NCBI GenBank assembly: GCA_963933835.1
Contig: CAWVVV010000004.1
Coordinates: forward strand, 32,001 to 96,000
DNA: 64,000 nt
Direction of reading: 5' to 3'
Source of the DNA: an uncultured Puniceicoccaceae bacterium
GTDB taxonomy: Bacteria; Verrucomicrobiota; Verrucomicrobiia; Opitutales; Oceanipulchritudinaceae
This document shows, in pieces, positions 58,300 to 64,000 of the stretch. Below the pieces are notes generated by a model that was given only the letters and a program-made list of their open reading frames with translations, searched no databases and was not told where the DNA came from. The position numbers were made by a program, and so were the translations under genes. Positions within the stretch are counted from its first letter, which is position 1; each line of letters begins with the position of its first letter.

Positions 58300-58314
58300 T
58301 TTTGGATACGCTCT

Positions 58315-59763
58315 ATGTCTCAAGTTGTCGCATGGCGCGAGACGGCGCTTAGTCTGGCTAAATCATTTCACCGGACGTCTGAACTGATCGAACCAGAGGT
58401 GGTTCGCTATCTCGATTGTGATCTGCCGGCTCAAGGTTCGGTCATTGTCATGTGCTCGGGTGGGGCGGATTCAGTTGCAACTGTCCTTTGGGCCGCGACC
58501 GCTTCGACTCTGAGCAATCACAGAATTGGACTTTTTTACTGTGACCACGGCCAGCGATCGGAAGCAAAGTCTGAAGCAGAGTTTGTGCGAAGCCTCGCGG
58601 ATGCCCTCGGCTTTGACTTTCACTTAGGGGCGCCTTCAGACACGAAGGATTTAAACAGCGAAGACGATCTTCGGCAGCTCAGGGAGAATGCTCTGGCAAA
58701 AGTGATTGAAAGCCTCGATCTGCCTGTCGTCGCAATCCTTACGGGCCATCAAGGAGACGATGTGGCAGAAAACCTCCTCTTTCGCCTTGCTCGGGGGAGT
58801 AGCCTTCGAGGTCTCAGCGGAATGAGGCCGGTGCAGACTCGAAAGGGTTGGCCAGTGCGTTTGCGTCCGTTGCTACGTTGGCGTAGGGATGCGCTTCGCG
58901 CAGCCCTCGTTGAAGCAGGTGCTCAATGGTGTGAAGATCTCTCAAACAAAAGTGGTCGCTATACGCGCAATCGGATCAGGCTCAGCGTTCTTCCAGCGCT
59001 TGAAGAGGCATTGCCGGAACGGACGGTCGCGGAGGGGTTGATCGCTTGCCAAAAGGAGTTGCGGGAAATCGATGCATGGGTTGAAGCAGAGGCAAGTAAG
59101 TGGCTTCGAGATTTTGAGGCAGAGGGGGCGTTGCCTCGATCAATACTCTTGGATGCGCCCATTTTTGTTCAGAAACGTATTCTTCAGAAGTTCATTCGCA
59201 ATCGTTCGGCGGGGGTGGAAGCGTCGGATCGGATGATTGAAAGAGTCCTTCAGGCATCTAGCGGGGCGGTTTGGCAGCTTGATCGTGATTATTCACTCGT
59301 GCTCGCTGAGGGTCTCTATCGCGTTTTGAGCAGGCTGGGGGACGAGAATCCGGCGGAGGCGTTTTCAGACTTAGAGTTGAGCCTCGCTGAAAGGCTAGAG
59401 CTCCCGAGCGGCGGCGTCCTTGCCTGTGATGAAGTCAAACTCGACGCTGACCTGAAATCTAGAATCATCGGCGGCCAATTCTCGCCTTGCGAAGCAGTTT
59501 GGATTGATCAGGTCTCTGTGCCCTTGTCAGTTCGCTCTTGGAAGCCCGGAGATCGCTACAGGCCATTGGGAGCGCCCGGCACCCGAAAACTACAAGACTG
59601 CTTTGTTGATGCGGGAATTGAACAGAAGTTGCGTGGAAGGCTTCCAATCATTTGTGATTCAGAGGGTGAAATTCTCTGGATTCCTGGTTTGCCACCGTCC
59701 CATTCGCATCGGCTTAATTCAAATACTATACAGGCTCTTAGGTTGACTTACAAAAAGAGCTAG
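58315..59763 (+). CDS. tilS: tRNA(Ile)-lysidine synthetase
   Basis: SGGADS, DHG, HQGDDVAE, RPLL, DLSN..YTRNRIR; C-terminal PGDR..RKLQD. Confidence 0.93.
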   Translation: MSQVVAWRETALSLAKSFHRTSELIEPEVVRYLDCDLPAQGSVIVMCSGGADSVATVLWAATASTLSNHRIGLFYCDHGQRSEAKSEAEFVRSLADALGFDFHLGAPSDTKDLNSEDDLRQLRENALAKVIESLDLPVVAILTGHQGDDVAENLLFRLARGSSLRGLSGMRPVQTRKGWPVRLRPLLRWRRDALRAALVEAGAQWCEDLSNKSGRYTRNRIRLSVLPALEEALPERTVAEGLIACQKELREIDAWVEAEASKWLRDFEAEGALPRSILLDAPIFVQKRILQKFIRNRSAGVEASDRMIERVLQASSGAVWQLDRDYSLVLAEGLYRVLSRLGDENPAEAFSDLELSLAERLELPSGGVLACDEVKLDADLKSRIIGGQFSPCEAVWIDQVSVPLSVRSWKPGDRYRPLGAPGTRKLQDCFVDAGIEQKLRGRLPIICDSEGEILWIPGLPPSHSHRLNSNTIQALRLTYKKS

Positions 59764-59780
59764 ACGAACTTTAAAACTTT

Positions 59781-61793
59781 ATGTCTGAGGACGATTCCCA
59801 GAACCGAAACAAACCCCTGCGCAATAACAGTCAGACTAAGATGCTGACGATTTGGGCGCTGGTGTTTTTCGCCATGATCAGCCTTCTCTTCCTCGCGAAG
59901 AATGACGGCACCACGCCCGAGACGTTGACGATCTCTCAACTGGTTGTGCTTGCTCAAGGTGATGCCATCGATGGAAAGACGATCGTTAGCGCCACGATGC
60001 AGAACAACATGAAGGGGGGCTTGCTCTGGCACGAAGTGAAGGGTGAGCTTGTTGATCTAGCAGATGAAAGGACGCCTTTTGTAGCCAGAGGGCAGCTGAC
60101 TGAATCTAACCTCGAGGTGTTGCAACTGAGCGGCTACTTTGAGGAGAAACCGGCGAGCAATCTGCTTTCCGAGATCCTCCTTACACTCCTCCCATTTCTT
60201 CTTCTCGGTGCACTCATCTACTTCTTTTTCATCCGTCAAATCCGCCAGGCAGGAAAAGGCGCGATGTCGTTTGGGAAATCGAAGGCGAAGATGCTCCAGC
60301 GCGATCACGACAAGGTGACCTTCGATGAGGTTGCTGGTTGTGATGAAAGCAAGGAAGAGGTTTCCGAGGTCGTCGACTTTTTGAAAGATCCAAAGAAGTT
60401 CGAAGAAATTGGTGGACGCATCCCTAAAGGCGTTCTTCTGATAGGCCCTCCTGGAACAGGTAAGACTTTGTTGGCCCGAGCTGTTGCAGGGGAGGCCGAT
60501 GTGCCATTCTTCACGATCAGTGGTTCAGACTTCGTCGAGATGTTTGTCGGTGTGGGTGCGGCCCGTGTCCGTGATATGTTTGAGCAAGGCCGTCGCAATG
60601 CTCCTTGTATCCTCTTTATCGATGAGATCGATGCCGTCGGTCGCCAGCGTGGTGCAGGTGTCGGTGGAGGAAACGACGAGCGCGAGCAGACTTTGAATTC
60701 TCTTCTCGTTGAGATGGATGGTTTCGATGGCCATGAAGGAGTCATCATTGTGGCAGCCACTAATCGCCCAGATGTTCTCGACAGCGCACTTCTTCGCCCA
60801 GGGCGATTTGACCGACAGGTGATGATCGATCTTCCTGATATGAGGGGCCGTGAAGAAATTCTCCGCGTCCATGCGAAGAAGATTAAGATGGCTGAGAGCG
60901 TAAATCTCGCTGAAGTCGCCTCAGGCACCCCTGGGTTCTCTGGCGCAGATCTCGCAAACCTTCTTAATGAAGGAGCCTTGCTTGCTGCGCGTTACGGTCA
61001 GAAGGAAGTTACACGTCATCACATCGATGAGGCGCGTGATAAAATCTCTTATGGTCGCGAGCGTCGTCGCCTAATGGACGAAGAAGACAAGCGTATGACG
61101 GCCTTTCACGAGGCGGGTCACGCGATTGTCAAGGCGGTCATTAATGATAAGAAATTTAAGCTTCATAAAGTGACAATCATCCCACGCGGACAATCCCTTG
61201 GGATGACGATGTTTGCCGCGACAAAGGATGTCTTAGGTTATTCGCGTACTGAACTTTTGAATACGGTCTGTATGGCCATGGGTGGCCGCCTCGGTGAAGA
61301 AGTGGAAACCGGAGATTTCAGCAACGGAGCTGCGCAGGATATTAAGCAAGCGACAAAGATCGCCCGACACATGGTCTGTGACTGGGGAATGAGTGAGCTT
61401 GGCCCCGTCGCCTATGGTGAAAATCAGGATCAGATCTTTTTGGGGCGCGAAATTAACCGCCAACAGAATTACAGTGAGGCGACCGCGAAGCGCATCGATG
61501 AGGCTATTTCGGGCATTGTTGAGAAGCAATTTGTTCGCGCTCGAAAAATTCTTGAGGAACACCGCGACGCCCTCGTTAAGACAGCCGAGGCTTTGCTTGA
61601 GCACGAGACGATCGAAGGTATTCACGTTGAAGAGATCCTCGAACATGGGGAGATTCGCAGCGATGTTGCCTTGGCGCTCGATAGTGGCCCTCCTCCAGAA
61701 AAAGAGGACGATGAAACAGAGCCCTCTAAGCCGAAGTCTAAGGATGAGAATGAGGGCACTGACATCGGCGGAGCTGAGCCAGCTCTGGCTTAA
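59781..61793 (+). CDS. ftsH: ATP-dependent zinc metalloprotease FtsH
   Basis: 2 TM helices, [25 protein letters not shown]. Confidence 0.97.
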   Translation: MSEDDSQNRNKPLRNNSQTKMLTIWALVFFAMISLLFLAKNDGTTPETLTISQLVVLAQGDAIDGKTIVSATMQNNMKGGLLWHEVKGELVDLADERTPFVARGQLTESNLEVLQLSGYFEEKPASNLLSEILLTLLPFLLLGALIYFFFIRQIRQAGKGAMSFGKSKAKMLQRDHDKVTFDEVAGCDESKEEVSEVVDFLKDPKKFEEIGGRIPKGVLLIGPPGTGKTLLARAVAGEADVPFFTISGSDFVEMFVGVGAARVRDMFEQGRRNAPCILFIDEIDAVGRQRGAGVGGGNDEREQTLNSLLVEMDGFDGHEGVIIVAATNRPDVLDSALLRPGRFDRQVMIDLPDMRGREEILRVHAKKIKMAESVNLAEVASGTPGFSGADLANLLNEGALLAARYGQKEVTRHHIDEARDKISYGRERRRLMDEEDKRMTAFHEAGHAIVKAVINDKKFKLHKVTIIPRGQSLGMTMFAATKDVLGYSRTELLNTVCMAMGGRLGEEVETGDFSNGAAQDIKQATKIARHMVCDWGMSELGPVAYGENQDQIFLGREINRQQNYSEATAKRIDEAISGIVEKQFVRARKILEEHRDALVKTAEALLEHETIEGIHVEEILEHGEIRSDVALALDSGPPPEKEDDETEPSKPKSKDENEGTDIGGAEPALA

Positions 61794-61896
61794 GATCTTC
61801 CTCGTCGTGCGTCCTTGGTGTCTGAATCTTGGCGCTCGATAAAAATAATCACGATTCTTCGTCGACCTTCACAAGCGTCGCGTTTTGCTTTCTATT

Positions 61897-62250
61897 ATGG
61901 CATACACACTCAGCGGTAAAATTAAGAAGATCTTTGATCTGCAGACCTTTCCAAGTGGCTTTTCTAAACGGGAGTTCGTCGTGACGAGCACCGCAGATCG
62001 CTTTCCTCAAGACATCAAATTTGATTGTCTAAAAGATAAGGCAGATCTCCTCGAGGGCGTTAAAGAAGGCGACGAGGTCACAGTGCATTTCGATCTCGGT
62101 GGTCGCGAATACAACGGCCGCTATTTTGTAAATGTGAACGCGTGGAAGCTTGATTCAGGTAGCAGTTCTGCGGTTGGGAGCCCGAGCAGCAAAGAGCCCG
62201 AAGATACGACTGACTACAGTCCTGACGCTGTAGATGAAGTGCCTTTCTAG
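61897..62250 (+). CDS. DUF3127 (SSB-like OB-fold) protein
   Basis: [28 protein letters not shown]; acidic tail ending DEVPF. Confidence 0.88.
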   Translation: MAYTLSGKIKKIFDLQTFPSGFSKREFVVTSTADRFPQDIKFDCLKDKADLLEGVKEGDEVTVHFDLGGREYNGRYFVNVNAWKLDSGSSSAVGSPSSKEPEDTTDYSPDAVDEVPF

Positions 62251-62451
62251 ACTTGATCGCAGGCGGAGGATCTCAATTCGATCCAGTATTCATCGGCTTT
62301 GCCCATAACGCATGACGAGATAGGGGCGGTTAAATGCAGGGGGTTAGCCCTAGTAAACAGGTGCTTTATCGAGATATATGTTAATTTCCTTGATAGGTGG
62401 AATTAGGCCTCCTTTGAAGGGCTCACTGTCGCTGTTGTCGACGGAGATGTC

Positions 62452-63122
62452 ATGTACCGAGTATTTTACTTATCGCGCTTGCCTGTGTAACACTGGCTCA
62501 AGCCGCCACAGATTTTGATTTTAACGTCCCTAATGATTCGACGACGAGTGCCCCGCCAACAAATCCGCCGACAGATTCTCCAAATCCTGAACAGGGTCTC
62601 GGTTTGACCAATACTTTCAGCACAGGCACCCGTATTGGGAGTTCCGAAATTGACCGCTTTTCATCTGCGGTGATTTTTGCCTGCGACTTGGATTTGCCTG
62701 ATGATCCGTCCGGACTGATTTGGGAGCAGGGAGGTAACGCCGTAGGCGCTTATGCAGGCTTCCGTTCCGACGGCGCTCTCGTTATTCGCGCCGGATTAGG
62801 ATACACGCTAGGACAAGTTTCAGGCTCGCAGGCAGCACTTCTTTACCTGCCAAAGGGCTCGATAAGTGGCTCTGGGACCCTCGTTTGGGAAATCACGGGT
62901 GGTAATAGCAGCAGCACCCCGATTCAGATTCGTGCCTGGTGGAAGGGTGTATCTATCGGGACTGTGATCTCGACTCACGGCGTCGCCCCATGGGCGGGTG
63001 GTAACGAGGGCACCTAGCTGAAAAGCAGTTCAGTTACTCCCTCTGGTGAGACAGAATCTGCCCTTCAGGTTGTCCAAGCCAGCGCCCTGCGCTACTACGA
63101 GGACCAAGTTGTTTCATTCTAG
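62452..63122 (+). pseudogene. Degraded secreted beta-sandwich-like protein (frameshift at codon 3 plus internal TAG)
   Basis: Signal peptide SILLIALACVTLAQA and a Pro/Thr linker lie in frame upstream of 62604, but ATG 62452 is off by one base. TAG 63015-63017 is followed by 34 more sense codons (LKSS...ALRYYEDQVVSF*). Confidence 0.7.
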
Positions 63123-63186
63123 GTGGGTTAAGTTTTCTCTTTGAATAGGTTTGCCGAATGGCAGGCTTCGACTTCCCTTGCGCTAG

Positions 63187-64000
63187 ATGTTCTATGACGA
63201 GACAAATGTAAAGCTGCGCGCCGGCAACGGCGGCGGCGGCTGCGCCAGCTTTCGCCGGGAAAAGTATCTCCCCAGAGGAGGTCCTGACGGCGGCGATGGT
63301 GGATCTGGCGGTGACGTCATTCTTCTAGGAGACGAAAACACCGGCGACCTACGTGTATTCCACTTCAAGTCACACTGGGATGCTGAAAATGGCCAGCCAG
63401 GTGGCGGCCGGCATATGTCCGGGAGGGGAGGAGAGCATCGTATCCTGAGGGTGCCTCTTGGCCTCATCGTCTACGATCAGGATGCAGGAGAAGTTGTCGC
63501 CGAGGTGCTAGAACATGATCAAGAAATCATTTTGCTTAAGGGCGGCCGTGGCGGCCTGGGGAATTTGCACTTTAAGAGCTCCGTCCACCAGGCTCCGCGC
63601 GAGTCGACGTCTGGTACTGACGGTGAATTTGGCCAGTTCCGCTTCATCCTGAAAAGCATCGCGGATGTGGGACTCGTAGGCTTCCCGAATGCGGGTAAAA
63701 GTTCGTTTACCAGTATTGTGACGAAAGCGACGCCAAAGACGGCGGCATATCCATTTACAACGCTTACCCCCAACATCGGTGTCATTGAATACCCCGAGGA
63801 GTATGAGCGGCTTAAACTTGCCGATATCCCCGGCTTGATTGAAGGGGCACACGAAAATCGTGGTCTTGGGCATCGTTTTTTAAGACATATCGAACGGTGC
63901 AGTCTTCTCATGCTGATCATCGACATGGCGGGAGAGGATGGCCGCGATCCAGCAGATGATTATGCTAAGCTCCGAGAGGAGTTAAGGCTTTATAATCAAG
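63187..64000 (+). CDS. obgE: GTPase ObgE (partial, runs off window)
   Basis: MFYDE..AGNGG..SFRREKY.PRGGPDGGDGG, VGFPNAGKSS, YPFTTL, DIPGLIEGA, FLRHIER. Confidence 0.97.
   Translation, partial: MFYDETNVKLRAGNGGGGCASFRREKYLPRGGPDGGDGGSGGDVILLGDENTGDLRVFHFKSHWDAENGQPGGGRHMSGRGGEHRILRVPLGLIVYDQDAGEVVAEVLEHDQEIILLKGGRGGLGNLHFKSSVHQAPRESTSGTDGEFGQFRFILKSIADVGLVGFPNAGKSSFTSIVTKATPKTAAYPFTTLTPNIGVIEYPEEYERLKLADIPGLIEGAHENRGLGHRFLRHIERCSLLMLIIDMAGEDGRDPADDYAKLREELRLYNQ

Noticed and set aside
28724..63017. Amber recoding/pyrrolysine suggested by two in-frame TAGs (28724, 63015)
   Set aside because: Many conserved genes here end at TAG at their expected C-termini (ctaA, coxC, HU, acs, smc, serS, tilS). 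No pyl genes are visible, and the 62-63 kb gene also has a frameshift.

Overview
Bacterial chromosomal window, about 55% GC by eye. It is most likely from Verrucomicrobiota (Opitutia-like); this is inferred from a PEP-CTERM tail, an Opitutae-style RAYT remnant, PVC-type REP repeats and gene order, not from a marker gene. Most of it is intact housekeeping genes: phoX, hrpA, trxA, scpA, lptD, LPS glycosyltransferases, sco plus a complete caa3-type cytochrome c oxidase operon, hemY, lysR, yggS, aroE, pilD, lptF/G, a ClpX-like ATPase, HU/IHF, hisS, menF, an ECF sigma/anti-sigma pair, queA, acs, msrA, smc, ubiE/menG, serS, tilS, ftsH and the start of obgE. I saw no rRNA, tRNA, CRISPR array, prophage or intact transposase. 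The most unusual observations are four. (1) A ~375-bp array at 43786-44161 alternates a constant CTTAGGCTCTGT-like linker with halves of several different REP-like families, followed by a block of complementary halves. (2) A 58-aa His-rich insertion, resembling the PilC/GspF N-terminus, sits in cytochrome oxidase subunit III. (3) Near-identical LysR-type boxes occur in the sco/cox divergent promoter and upstream of the lysR-hemY unit. (4) About nine accessory genes are decayed (nonsense, frameshift, deletion chimeras) while all long core genes are intact. All family assignments come from motif recognition by eye; no database searches were run.
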